Below, one piece after another: positions 1-12,962 of a DNA stretch of 64,000 nt. How positions within the stretch are numbered: position 1 is the first letter of the stretch; every line of letters starts with the position of its first letter. The position numbers and the translations under genes were made by a program. The DNA is taken from assembly GCA_024679065.1 (NCBI GenBank), contig JAGIQG010000012.1:69750001-69814000 (forward strand). The letters are read 5' to 3'. This stretch comes from Sphyrna mokarran (Eukaryota). Under the pieces are notes generated by a model, which worked only from the letters and a program-made list of their open reading frames with translations, made no database searches and had not been told where the DNA came from.

Positions 1-651
1 AACCAAGTTTATTTCTCAGCACTATACTGATCTGTGAACACATCCTTAATTCAGAGTTACCCCACTTCTTCTTCCTTTCTTCTCATTCCTTACAAAATGT
101 CAAACATTCTTGAATATTTAGGTTCCAGGCAAGTAGTTGCTTTGAACAATGTCTCTATTGCATCATCCTCATTCATTTCTACTTGTATTGTCAATGTATC
201 CATCCTGATTTGACTATTGTGTGCATTCAGGTAAAGACCCCCTCCTTCTGTCTTTTCATCACGTTTCCCTATATTATTTGCTGGTGCACTTTTATATTTG
301 TACTGTCAGTACTTTCTTGTCACAGTCTTGTTCTCATTACACTACTATGAAATATTGTCATTTCTCTTTAACTTTCCCAATATCCCCTCACGTGAATCCT
401 TCCTCCACCATTTAGTTTAAATCCTCTCTACAGCCCAAGTTATATGTATCACTAGGACATTGGTCCCAGCAAGTTTCCTATAAGACTGATGATATAATTC
501 CTATTTTCTATAGTACTGATGCCAGTGCCCCATGAATCAAAACCTGTTCTCCCATATCAATTTTTGAGTCACGCATTCCATATTCTGATCTTATTTATTT
601 TCTGCCAGTTTGCTCATGGTTCAGGTTGTCATTTAGAGAAAAATCTTGAGA

Positions 652-1435
652 TATTGCATTTTGGAAGATCTAGTAAGGATAGGAAATATACAGTAAAGGC
701 AAGACCTTTAAGAGTATTGATAGGCAAAAGGATCTTGGTGTACACAGGCCACCGAAAATGGCAACACAGGTGGAAAAGGTAGTCAAAAAGGCACATGACA
801 TGCTTGCCTTCATCGGCCGGGACATTGAGTTTAAAAATTGGCAAGTCATTTTGCAGCTTTATAGAATCTTAGTTAGGCCGCACTTGGAATATAGTACTCA
901 ATTCTGGTTGCCACACTACTAGAAAGATCTGGAGACTTTGGAGAGGGTTCAGAAAAGATGTATGAGGATATTGCCTGGTATGGAGGGCATTAGCTATGGA
1001 GAGAGGTTGGAGAAACTTGGTTTGTTTTCACTGGAGCGACAGAGGTTGAGGGGAGACCTGATAGAAGTCTACAAGATTATGAGAGGCATGGACAGAGTGG
1101 ATAGTCAGAAGCTTTTTCTCATGGTGCAAGAGTCAGTTACCAGGGGGCATATGTTTGAGATGCGAGTGGCAAGGTTTAAAGGAGATGTACAAGTTAGAAT
1201 TTTGACAGAGAGAGTGGTGGATGCCTAGAACTCGTTTCCAGAGGAGTTAGTGGAAGCAGATACTGTAGTGGCTTTTAAGAGGTATTTTGACTAATACATG
1301 AATAGGATGGGAATAGAAGGATATACTCCATGCAAGGCTAGGGGATTTTAGTTAAGTCAGGCAGCATGGCCAGTGCAAGCTTGGAGGGCCGAAGGGCCTG
1401 TTCCTGTGCTGTAATTTTCTTTATTCTTTGTTCTA
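652..1435 (+). mobile_element. CR1/HER1 LINE, ORF2 3' end and tail
   Basis: ORF 938..1228 'LERVQKR...LGLFSLE..RLRGDLIEVYKIMRG' and tail gggccgaagggcctgttcctgtgctgta. Confidence 0.92.
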
Positions 1436-2915
1436 GCACTTTTGTGGTTTTTAATATTGACATTCCCTCAGCAGAACCTCCTTCTTTGCCTTACCAATGT
1501 CACTGGTATCAACTTGGATCGCCAGAACTGGATACCTCCCCCCTTACTCTAAGTTCCTTTCTGACTGCCCTGAGAAGATGTCCTTAATCCAGAGAAGACA
1601 TCCAGTGATGGCAATGGGGCTGCCAGGAAGAAGGGAGCAGAGGAAGGCAGATTGAAAGGTGTGATGATAAGAAAAAAAAACACAGTGGAATTGGAAGAGG
1701 AATGGGCAAGTGATGGGAGAAGATGGAGAAGATTTATCATCCAGCGTAATAGCAGCCTCGGGTAGAATGAGAAACCTGAAAAAAGAAGTGGTTTGTGCAG
1801 AATAAGTAACTATGGCATCACTGCTTGTCCCAAAAGTGTACATTCCCACAAGGAAATATATTTTCAATTCAGACAAAATTCCAATAAGTAGTGTGGTGGG
1901 GTGCAATTTGTATTCAGTCAAACAGAAATGGTCTATCCTGCAGATAGAAAGCTCCTGGTACTATAAATGCCAATTCTTAGGCATTTGGGTCAGAAATGTG
2001 CCTACTCTTCCAGGATTTAAATGCCAGCCGCAGCTTAAAGAATCACCCAAAACTAAAGAATTTTTAAGCTGTTTTGGTTCGGCACATGAATATTGGACAG
2101 GTTTGCAAAACCGGCAGGGGAACCCAGGACCCACAGGTTTATTGAGGGAGGTGCAGGAGCTCTTTGTTCACAATGCCTGGGAGAGAAAGATGTAACTAGT
2201 AAGCACAGAACAATGCTGGCATCATGAAGAGCAGCATTAGCAACACCAGCGAGTGAATAGCAGCACTCCGTGCAAACGGTAGATAAAATGAGGTAGCCTA
2301 TACCTTTCGTAATCTGTTAATACATGTAAATTGATCACCTTGGTAGTATGAATGTTGGGCATTACTTTTTGTTGTAATAAAGGATATCAGCGTAATATCA
2401 TTAGAGGGGAAACATGCCATATGATGCAGTTTTATTTTCACTTTTGCTTTGAGCAGAGCACACACACACATGCACAGCTCAAACTTTATGCCTACATATG
2501 ACAGTTCTCATGTGCCTAGTTTTAATAAATGAACCCACAATGTATTTACCTGATCCCTTAGAAACGATCGGTGTCTTGCATTTTTTACAATAAATAAGCC
2601 CAAGGTATTATATTATCATAATAATGCAAAATATCTGATAAGGTTTGGAAGCTAAAAAGCAATGAGTGGAAATTGCATGTGATTTTCTAACCATTCTCTG
2701 TATTTCTGTATTTTCTGCACTATAGCAATCAGTCTTGTGAACCTTCTAAGCGCCACCTTCAAAACTTGATGTCAACTCACAAGCCCAACAAAGGGCAGTT
2801 TAAAACAACATCAGAGACATTGTCACTACTGTACATGTATTTTTCTTTTTCTTGAAACTCCAAAGCCATCTTTTTATGATTCAATTATTAATCTCACATT
2901 AACCTACATACTTAC

Positions 2916-3064
2916 CATAATTACAGATTTACTACAAATGGAGACCAACTTGTTATTCAAACTGTTATAGAGCAGAACATTGATGGATTTTTCATGGGAC
3001 TGGGGAGGCAGCATAGTGTCTTGTACAGCAGACATGAGAGGTATAAGGTCTATTGTATTGGAAC
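2916..3064 (-). CDS. WDR64: WDR64-like exon 12 (SNTIDLIPLMSAVQDTMLPPQSHEKSINVLLYNSLNNKLVSICSKSVIM); gene continues left of the window
   Basis: Acceptor tatgcag and donor gtaagt, 149 nt, phase 1 to 0. Motif 'QDT...P..HE..INV.LYN'. Confidence 0.9.
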
Positions 3065-4784
3065 CTGCATAGTCAAGCAAACATACACATTGATTTACAT
3101 TCATTTGTTTTAATAATAGTGGAACAGTTTATTTTTAATGAATGTCACCTGCTATCTTGGTGAAATGAGTTAATTCATAATGGAGTTTTTTTTTGTGGGA
3201 CATGGGTGTCGCTAGCTGGCCAGCACTCATTACCTCCCAAATTAGATTATGTGCATTGACCCAAACAGGCGCCAGATTGTGGCAACTAGGGAAATTTCAC
3301 AGTAACTTTGTTGCAGTGTTTACGTAAGCCTTACTTGCGACTAATAAATAAACTTTTCCTATGGGCAGCAGTTGAGAGCCAATCACATTGGCTGTGGGTT
3401 TAAAGTCACATGTAGGCCAGATCAGGTAAGGACCTGCCATAAAGGACATCAGTGAACCAGACGGGTTTTTCCAAAATCGACAATGGTTTCACGGTCATCA
3501 TTAAATTCTTAGTTCCAGATATTTTAAAATTTGAATTCAAATTCCACCAATGGTTGTGATGGGATTCAAACCTGGGTCCCTCATTAGTTCAGTTTCTGGA
3601 TTAATCATCTAGTGATAAGACCACTAGAGCATTGCCTCCCTGAATGGATTAGGATTATCTCATGCAAACTGTACTGCTGAAGCAGCTATCACCTATTGTC
3701 AATCCAACTGTATACCATACTTGAAACTAGAGCCTAGGACAAGATTAAGGCTCAGGCAGAGCTCTGGATGAAGAGACAGGTTAATAGAATCTGCTGAAAG
3801 TTGTGTGATGAGAATAGCAGGGGTGTAGCTATGGGTGGTGAGAGTTGCAGGGATTTTTAGATTGAACCCTGTGAGCAAAAACAAAAAATCAGAAGAGCAC
3901 AGGAAGGAAAGAGTGGCAATTGATGGAGAGAGAGAAAGATGTTAATACTGAAAAATAGGTGTTAAACTATGGGGACAAGAATAGTTTAAAGGAACCAAAC
4001 TTGGTGCAAAGTGCAGTATAGCTGCCTTGTACATTCCTTGAACAGAAATAAAGGACAGAATTTTACCAAAATTTGACAGTATCAAGCTGTGACTAAAAAA
4101 CCAGTGTGTATTTCTCCAGAAGCTCAGCCGAGTTTTCAGAACAGATTTTCTATCACTTAGTCCACAGAAAATCTGGGAATATGGTTTAATCTCTGATGGG
4201 GCAGGGACTGATAGAGTAGGCAGGCCAATTCCGCAGAAATCAGGGCACTATGTTTAAAGGGTGTCCTTATTGGTGTGAGAAAGAAACTCCCTGCATCCCT
4301 CTCCCATCAACATGGAGTATCGCCTTGGTGAACCCTGCCCTACCACGCAAGTATTGTGGGTGCTCCTCTCCCCCACCATAATCCATGGAAATATCGAGGG
4401 CATTCACCAGCACGCCCCCCCTCCCCCCCACACCATATAAGTCTAGGTGCATTGCCCCCCCTCACAGGCATTCAGCCCTTCCCGCAACATGTATAAAGGA
4501 CACCCCTCCCCACATGGGGCTTCCCAGAAGCCCCACCCCAGCATTGCCAACTCAACCTTTCCTTGACACTGGCACTGCCCCCGGCACAGATTGGCACCTT
4601 CAGGTAAAATAAAATCCTGGAGGTTTATCTCATGACATCATTCCGATATGACAAGCTATGAATGAGCCTGCTCCTCAAGCAACATTGGACTTCAAGGGAT
4701 CTAAACAAAATAAAAAAGAAAAGCGACACTCTCAGCCGCTGTTAGGCATGGGAACACCTCATCCCCCTCCAATGGCAACGCAGT

Positions 4785-5070
4785 ACAGTGGTACTGTGGT
4801 TAGTACTGCTGCCACACAGCACCAGGGACCAGGGTTCAATTCCTGTCTTGGGTCTGTATGGACTCTGCATATTTTCCCAGTATCCACGTAGGCTTCCTTC
4901 AGATGCTCTAGTTTACTTCCACAGTCTGAAAGACATGTAGTTAGGTGCATTGGCCATGCTAAATTCTCCCTCAGTTACCCAAACAAATGCTGGAGTGTGA
5001 CAACCAGGGGATTTTCACAGTAACTTCATTGCAATGTTAATGTAAGTCTACTTGTGACACTAACAAAATA
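4785..5070 (+). mobile_element. V-SINE-like SINE with alternative tail
   Basis: Same head and core. Tail ggattttcacagtaacttcattgca...cttgtgacactaa. Confidence 0.85.
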
Positions 5071-5284
5071 AAAAGAAATGCACAGTGTCCAGAAAAGAAT
5101 TCCCTCCTTTCACCCTCCCAATTACAAGGGAGCCACATCCGCACCCCTCCCCCCCACCCCAGTAGGTAGAGGGCAGTACTGGGGCCTGAGCCAGAGGTCA
5201 GTGCCGGGATATCGCTGAAGCATAACCATCTCCCACGGGACCTGTACTTAACAGTATACCTCCAGACACCTCTTTTCGCCAGTT

Positions 5285-5600
5285 CCTCATTGTCAATGCA
5301 CTGGGAGGAACAGCTGGGGACCTGAGTAGGGCTAGAAAATGAGTGTTCCGCATGCACCATCAAAAGGCAGGTAAAACCAGTGCCCATGTGAGTACCCATA
5401 GCAACATCTTTTACTTGGAGGAAGTGAGTCAAGTTAAAGGAGTAATGAATTAATGAGAGAATAGGTCAGCCAGACAGAGGAGGGTGGTGGTGGATAGGGA
5501 CTATGTGGATCTCTATCGAATGAATAAGTGGACAGCTTTGTACTGGTTGGAGAGGGAGATGTGATATTTGAATGTTTATTTATAGGCTATTCATGGAGGT
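5285..5600 (-). mobile_element. Penelope-type reverse transcriptase fragment
   Basis: ORF text 'THFLQVKDVAMGTHMG...CLLM.HAEH' matches the PLE RT motif Q.xG.AMG. Confidence 0.7.
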
Positions 5601-6115
5601 ATATGAATTTAGGACAGTCAAGGAAAAGAGATGACTTAATTACTGGATAATTCTTACTATTAATTGTTAATTAATTGAGGTTTATTTCATGCGGGCTGCT
5701 GGCAGTAATTTTTGATTCACTTGTATCCGTACGATTAAACGTGGATTGAAACTGTGTTTGCCGGGTTAGAAGGTGTATACTTGTAAAATGTAACTCTCAA
5801 AATGAATATAAAGTTGTATAAAGATCGGCTCAAGTTCTATCCTTTGCCAACTGACTTTCTGATGAACACCTGATATCAAATTTGTTCAGCAAATGCGAAG
5901 TTCCCTTCTGGACAACTGGATCTGTCTTCTGGGGAGATCATTTGCATCCCCTCAGGATGGCTGAAAAGCTGCAAGTTTACACTGGGAATCTAGGCACCAA
6001 AACTGCTTTTTTTTAATCATTCATTTGAATGGTTGGGAAATGATATTCATTTAAATTTTCAATGTGTTTTTGCCAGCTGGGCCAGTGTAAAATTAGAAAT
6101 TTGATCCCAGTTTTG

Positions 6116-6421
6116 GGGCGGCACGGTGGCACAGTAGTAGCACTGCTGCCTCATGGCACCAGAGACCGAGGTTCAATTCCAGCCTCGGATCACTATCTGT
6201 GAGGAGTTTGTACATTCCCTCCATAGCTCTCCAGATGCTGCGGTTTCCTCCCAAAGTCCAAAGATGTAATGGTTGGGTTGATTGGCCATGCTAAATTGCC
6301 CCTTAGTGTCAGGGGTTAGCAGGGTAAATATGAGGGGTTACAGGAATAGAGCCTGGGTGGGATTGTGGTCAGTGCTGACTCAATGAGCTGAATAGCTGCC
6401 TTCTTCACTGTAGGGATTCTA
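6116..6421 (+). mobile_element. HE1/V-SINE-like tRNA-derived SINE with CR1-type tail
   Basis: A box TGGCACAGT, B box GGTTCAATTCC, core ttcctcccaaagtccaaagatg...ggccatgctaaattg and tail ctgtagggattct. Confidence 0.9.
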
Positions 6422-6599
6422 AGATCCCAAATAAAGCAATTTCCCTTCATTGGAAAAGATCAGCTTTTAGCTTTGAGATAAGTACATGATACATTGAGAG
6501 ATCTTGTAGCCATAATTTCTAAATTGCACATAGACTAAAATAATTTGAAGAACTCAAATTGACCATCTGTGATTAATTTTTGATAGCTTGGACGCTTAC

Positions 6600-6723
6600 C
6601 TATAACTAATCTCTTAGCTCTACTATCAAAGATCATTGTGTTGAAGTGCAGATCTCCTTTACGGTCACCCAGTGAGAAGATCTGTAGCACAGCAATTGTT
6701 TGAATATCCCAGACCCTGAACAT
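6600..6723 (-). CDS. WDR64: WDR64-like exon 11 (MFRVWDIQTIAVLQIF...MIFDSRAKRLVIG)
   Basis: Polypyrimidine tract with aag acceptor and G|gtaagc donor, 124 nt. Contains the FRVWDIQT WD motif. Confidence 0.92.
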
Positions 6724-7935
6724 CTTTCAGGAGGAGAAAAGGAAGCCTATGTTAATTACATTTCTGGTTTCTTTTTGCCATGTATTCTTACCCAATTTAA
6801 AGGGAAGAATAAGCAGTCAGTGCAAAGCATCTTCCAAGGTAGAAAAACTAATTCTAACTTGTGAAGTTCTAATTAGAGCAACGCAAGTCATTGTGAACCA
6901 GTAAGATGAATGATGTGTGATATCACTACCAGCAAACAATTTGAAAATAAAATAATATCATTTATCTAGCCCTCCCCCAGTTAAATACCCTCCCTCATGC
7001 TGATCTTAATGTCCTTGAATATTAAGGTTGCATGGTTTTGAGATCAATAGCTTGCCCAACAAAAAAAAATACAACACAGGTATGATGTGTAAATAAATAA
7101 AGCAAAAATGTTAGCTTTCACTATGCTACGAAGTTCATTGGTTCACTTCAGGACAGAGGGGAATAAGAAAAACCACTGAAGTGATTCCTGCAACTATTCC
7201 AGACTTACTTGGCACTTACCATTCATCTTGGTACCTGCTAATCTACCTGGCAATTTTCCTACAAATCTCAGTTTTACTCCATGCCTGGAAGACACTGCAC
7301 GCTTGCCATGTGATGGCTACATTTCTTGGCTCACGCTAAGCTCACCTTCAGCCACCTGCACACTGCATGACTATTTTGCAACTATCCTTGAACACCCACC
7401 CACCAGCCCGCCCCCCCACTCCAACCCAGGAATCTGTGGACCCAGTTTGAGAAACATTGCATTACAGCACTGCATGGAAGGTATTCTAGATGTCTGGACA
7501 TCCAAAGCTATTGGTCCGCAAGTCATTATTGGTGCAAATCTGTAGCCAAAATAATAGGTGTCATGGTGCTCATCAAAATCAGCTAGCAACTTGTGATGAG
7601 AAAGAGATTTCCTGTGAATCTTTGCATTGTATTGTCATTTTACCCTGAGCCTTGTAAAAACAGCAGCTTCTCTGCAACCTCAGTTTCATAAAGTTGCTAC
7701 TTTTATGCATCAAGCGCTAACTAAAGTCACCAGAGAAAATTACGGTTCATAGTTAACAGCTCAACTACTATTTAAGTTTTTTTAAGCAACGTTAGTTCTT
7801 GCAATGACAAACAGCCTCTCCAGGCAATAAAAGAACAATTTAAACAATGATCACTCATTCATTTATTTAGCAAACTGATGTTACGGAATTCTATTTTAGA
7901 AATTATTTTTGTCCCTTTCCTTTCTGTTTTTTTTT

Positions 7936-9865
7936 CATAGAGTCATAAAGATTTACAGCACGGAAACAGGTCTTTTAGCTCAACTTGACAGCTCTTTTTT
8001 AACCACTGAACCAGTTCCAATTGCCCACGTTCGGCCCATATCCTTCTAAACCCATGTAACTGTCTAAATGCTTTTTAAAGATAAAATTGTACCTGCCTCT
8101 ACTACTACCTCTAACAGCTTGTTTCAGACATTCACCACCCTCTGTATGAAAAAGTTGATCCTCTGGATGCTTTTGTATCTCTCCCCTCTCATCTTAAATC
8201 TATGCACTCTAGCTTTAGACTCCCCTACCTTTGGGAAAAGATATTCAATATCTTTGCCCATTATTATTCTGTAGACTCCTACAAGATCATCTGTAAGCCT
8301 TCTACTCTCCAGAGAAAAAAGTCCCAATCTATCCAGCTTCACCTTATAACTCAAGGAATTATGAACCTGTATCCTTAGATCTTTTTGTTCTATAATTCTC
8401 TCCAACGCCCTCCCACTAACTGAATAAATCCTGCGCTGGTTCGATTAGCCAAAATGCATCACCTCACATTTATCTAAATTAAAATCCATCTGCCATTCAT
8501 CAGCCCACTGGCTCAATTGATCAAGATTCCATTGCAATCCGAGAAAATCTTCTTCATTGTCCACTATGCCACCAATCTTGATGTCATCTGCAAATTTACT
8601 AACTATGCCTACTAAATTCTCATCCAAATAATACTGTACCTAACAACAATCTCTGAGGCACACCGCTAATCACAGGCCTCCAGTTTGAAAAACAACCCTC
8701 TACAAGCACCAGCTTGTCTTCTGTCATTAAACCAATTTTGTATCCATTTGACTGCCTCACCCTAGATCTCATGAGATTTAACCTCATGACAATCTACCAT
8801 GTGGTACCTCATCAAAGGCTCTGCTAAAATCCATGTAGGCAACATCAACTGCAGTGCCCTCATCTACCTTCTTGGCTACCCCTTCAAAAAACTCAATCAA
8901 ATTTGTGAGATATGATTTTCCACTCACAAAGCTATGCTGACTGTCCCTAATCAGTCCTTGCATCTCTAAATCACTGTGGATCCTGTCTCTCAAAATACCT
9001 TCCAACAACTTACACACCAAGATGTGAGGCTCACCGGCTTGTGGTTCCCAGGCTTTTCCCTTCTTAAACAAAGGCAAAACGTTTGCCATCCTCCAATCTT
9101 CAGGAAGCTCACCTGTGATTATCAATGATTCAAATATCTCTGCTAGGGGACCGCGATTTCCTCTCCAGTCTCCCATATGTCCTGGAATACATTTCATCAG
9201 GTCCTTGGGATTTATCCGCTTCATGCACTTTAAGACTTACAACACCTTCTTCTCTATTATATGTACACTCCCCAAGACATTACTATTTATTTTCCCAAGT
9301 TTGCTAACATCTGTGCTTTTCTCAACAGTGAATACAGATGAGAAATATTCATTTAGAATCTCACCCATCTCTTATGGAGCTGAACATAGATGACCATTTT
9401 GATCCTTAGGGGGTCCTACTCTCTTCCTTATTACTGTATGTATTTGTAGAAGCTCTTTGGATTCTGCTTTGCCTTTTCTACCAAAACAATCTCGTGAGCC
9501 CTTTTTGCTTTTCTGATTTCTCTGTTAACTCTACTTTTACTGCCCCATACTCTTGAAGGGATCCACTTGGTCCCAGCTGCCAATGCATGTCATGTGCTTC
9601 CTTCTTCTTCTTGGCCAGGGCCTCAACATCCTGAGTTATTTAGGGTTCCATACCTCTACCTCTTGCCCTTTACTCTAAGTGGAACGTGCTTACCCTGAAC
9701 CCTGATTAACACACTTTTGAAAGCCTCCTACTTGCCAGACATCTGTTGCCTTCCCACAGACTCCCCTAATTAACTGCTGAGTGTTCCTGCCTGATACCAT
9801 CACAATTGGCCTTGCCCCATTTTAGAATTTAACTTTTGGGCCCGACCTATCACTGTCCATAATCA
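7936..9865 (-). mobile_element. CR1 LINE, RT region and 3' end, degenerate
   Basis: ORFs contain 'PEDWRMANVLPLFKKG', 'YMDFSRAFDEVPH' and 'SKFADDIKIGG'. Confidence 0.92.
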
Positions 9866-10051
9866 CCATAACAAATTATAGTTCATAGTTAACAGTTCAC
9901 TACTATTTAATTTTTTTTAAGAGACATGAGTTCCTGTCCAGACAATAAAAGTACAATTTAAACAGTGGAAACTCATTCATACATTTAGCAAATTGACATT
10001 GCAGAATTCTATATTATAAACTATTTTTGTCTTTTTCCCTTCTGTCTTTCT

Positions 10052-10486
10052 CATAGAGTCATAGAAGTATACAGCATGGAAACAGGCCCTTCAGCCCAAC
10101 TTGCCCATGCCACCCAGTTTTTAACCACTAAGCTAGTTCCAATTGCCTGCATTTGGCCCATATCCCTCTATACCTATCTTACCAATGTAAGTTTTTAAAT
10201 GCTTTTTAAAAGACAACATTGTACCCACATCTCCTACTACCTCTGGCAGCTTGTTCCAAACACTCACTACCAAAAGAAATGCCCCTTTGAACCCTTTTGT
10301 ATCTCTCCCCTCTCATCTTAAACTTATGCCCTTTAGTTTTAGACCCCCCAAGCTTTGGGAAAAGATGTTGACTATCTAGCTGATCTATGCCCCTCATTAT
10401 TTTATAGACTTCTATAAGATCACTCCTAAGCCTCCTATGCTCCAGAGAAAATGTGCCAGTCTTTCCAGCCTCTCCTTATAACTCAA
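10052..10486 (-). mobile_element. CR1 LINE 3' fragment
   Basis: 'MRGIDQLDSQHLFPK...TKGHKFK' and a CR1 tail. Confidence 0.88.
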
Positions 10487-10794
10487 TTCAATGTTTTTGT
10501 TCTCTTTCTGTGCTTGATCTGACTTTACTTCATCCCATTTCCTTCTTCATTTTTTGATCTTTCTCATGCCCTAATTCTCACTGAAGAAAACATTCGCTAA
10601 GGTATGAGAAGCCTGATTACTCTTACTGTGCTGTTATCATCTGCATTTCCGCCAAAAATATTTTGAGCTGAAAGATGAGGGGAAAGAATTCTAATGAGTT
10701 AAATGAGTACATGCTTCTGAGCCACTGGAGGTGAGGGGAACCCAAAACAGGATGGAAATCTTGTTAGATCAGCTTCACAACACGTTGCCACTTA

Positions 10795-11114
10795 GAATCA
10801 TAGAATAAAGTCATTGAATCCCTACAGTGCAGAAGGAGGCTAGTCAATCCATCAAGTCTACACCAACCCTCCAACAGAGCATCCCACCAGGGCCCCATCC
10901 TCATAAACACACATATTTATTTCGCTAACCCCCCTAACCTATACTAAGGGACAAATGAGCATGGTCAATCCACCTAACCTGCACATTTTTGGACAGTGGG
11001 AGAAGGAAAGAACAGCCAGAGGAAATCCATACAGACAGAACATAAGGTCATAATCGAACCTGGGTCCATGGTGCTGTGAGGCAGCTGTGCTAACCACTGT
11101 GCCAACATGCTGCC
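10795..11114 (-). mobile_element. HE1-like SINE
   Basis: Reverse-complement head gctgtgaggcagctgtgctaaccactgtgcc and a CR1-type tail. Confidence 0.85.
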
Positions 11115-11409
11115 TCCAGGGGATTATGCCACATAGAGTAACCCATTGATCCGTGTCAAACAGTTACAGACTCCGAGTGGCAGGGTAGCCATTCAGAATG
11201 GAAGGTATGGTTCCAAAAATCAATCGCACCCATGACGAGGCCTGTAAAGACTTTCTGCACCATGCTTTCGTGTACAATGGAGGCAGCAGCATATCTCTAC
11301 AGTTACTTCAGATACGCCCATGTCTGATGTTGGAGAACCTCCAGAATCCTTAAATGGGGGAGCCACTGGAGTTAGCAATATGTAACCGTAAAAGCAAATG
11401 GTCACTCAC

Positions 11410-11549
11410 CCCTTCAGTGGACAGGCTAATGATTTGTTGATCTGCTTCATTGATTACTACTTCATTAATGATGCAGCTGTGGCCATGCAGCAATGCCTTT
11501 GGTTTGGTGAACATATTAGGATTCCAAAGGCGGAGGATTTTATCTTCAC
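11410..11549 (-). CDS. WDR64: WDR64-like exon 10 (EDKILRLWNPNMFTKPKALLHGHSCIINEVVINEADQQIISLSTEG)
   Basis: Acceptor tgtctag and donor gtgagt, 140 nt. Classic WD40 'GG.DK..RLW...L.GH'. Confidence 0.93.
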
Positions 11550-11837
11550 CTAGACATGAAATATGAGATGTTCAAATTTTAAACCCATACATGCTTGAAT
11601 TTAGATTGAGAAATATAGATAGAGAAAAATTCCAATGTGAAATGTTTATCTTGCAAAGTCTCTCCAGCAAGGTATGCAATGTGTAGATTTAGAGAAATAT
11701 ACAAGAGAACACGGGGTGTTGACTTGCCAATTTCACAGCAGTGCTTTGAATGTACAAATAAGTGTAAAAGCAGGCAAATTCATGCTGTCCTGGATTCCCT
11801 TCTCTTTTTGTTGTGTGGTTTTTGCTTCATTGAGTGA

Positions 11838-12392
11838 TCACCAATGCCTCTACTTTCTTTCTCAGGAGGTTAAGGAACTTCATCATGTCCCCTACAACTG
11901 TCACCAATTTTATAGATGCACCATAGAAAGCCTCATTGCCAGATGTATCACAGCCTACATGGCTCCTGCTCTGACCAAGACCGTAAAAGACTGCAGAGGA
12001 TTGTGAATGTAGCCCAGTCCGTCACGCTAACCCAGCCTTCCATCCACTGATTTTGTCTACACTTTCCATGGCCTTGGAAAAGCAATCAGCATAATCAAGG
12101 ATCCCATGCATCACAAACATAATCTCTTCCACCTTTCTCCATCAGGAAAAAGATATCAAAGTCTGAGAAAATGAACAAACTGACTCAAAAACAGCTTCCG
12201 TCGGACTTTTGAATGGACCTATCATATATATCATCTTTATCTACAGCTTATCTGTGATTGTAACATGATATCCTGCACCTCTCCTTTTCCCTGATGCATT
12301 CTATAAATGGTATATTTTGTTAGTGTAGCGTGTAAGAAACAATACAAATCAGTGTATCCCAATAAATGTGAGAGTAGTAAATCAAATCAAAT
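11838..12392 (+). mobile_element. Rex1/Babar-type LINE 3' fragment
   Basis: 'HQCLYFL...FYRCTIESLIARCITA' and an (aaatc)n tail. Confidence 0.8.
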
Positions 12393-12882
12393 TTTCCACC
12401 TTGATAAAACTATGCTCATCTGAAACTCTGTTCCCTGTGTCCTAACTTACAACAAATTCTGTTCACCCACCACCCCTGTGCCCATTGATCTTCATTAGCT
12501 CATAATCCAGCCATGTCACCACTTTTTAAAAGTTCTTATTCTTATTTTAAAGTCTCTTCCTTTTTTCTGAATAAATCTCTTTAATGAGCTTTTTGTATGA
12601 GGAGAACATTAGAACCATATTGTTCTGAATATCAGAACCATTAGAACTGAACAGAGAAATGTAGATGTATTCGACTGAAACACAAGTTTCTGTGCACCAA
12701 GCTCAACTTGTTCTCAGGCAAAGTAGAAAGAGAACAATGCCTTAAGCAAGCAGAGCTAACCTGTCAGATTTGAAGTAAAACAAAGCTTGGCAGTTAACTG
12801 TCAGCCTTCAGGCGACTAATGCATTCTCCATGGCAACGCCTCTAACGAACAGTGTCCTACAAAATTCTGATTTGGCACTTAC

Positions 12883-12962
12883 CTCCAGTAACAAGGGTAT
12901 TCGCTTTCACACAATAATCAAATGCATTAACACCTCTTGGGATTGAAAGTGTTCTAATTGGC
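12883..12962 (-). CDS. WDR64: WDR64-like exon 9 (PIRTLSIPRGVNAFDYCVKANTLVTGG)
   Basis: Acceptor actacag and donor gtaagt, 80 nt, phase 2 to 1. Confidence 0.92.

Larger units (their letters stand above)
7727..10486 (+). repeat. Diverged ~625-bp direct duplication (7727-8354 and 9863-10486)
   Basis: About 200 bp of non-LINE flank plus the CR1 3' end is shared. Both copies break at ttataactcaa. Confidence 0.85.

Noticed and set aside
1735-1790. Strong minus-strand acceptor (tcttttttcag) as WDR64 exon 13
   Set aside because: The required phase-0 frame hits TGA after 12 codons and lacks the expected WD-repeat continuation. The next exon is probably outside the window.
2370-2622. Possible short solo LTR (TGTTGTA...AATAAA...CATAATA)
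   Set aside because: No TSD or clean CA terminus was found.
6116-6190. tRNA gene-like A/B boxes here and at many other sites
   Set aside because: They continue into SINE core and tail sequence, so they are SINE heads and not tRNA genes.
12822-12838. X-box-like CTCCATGGCAAC near exon 9
   Set aside because: Only one good half-site, intronic, and without promoter context.
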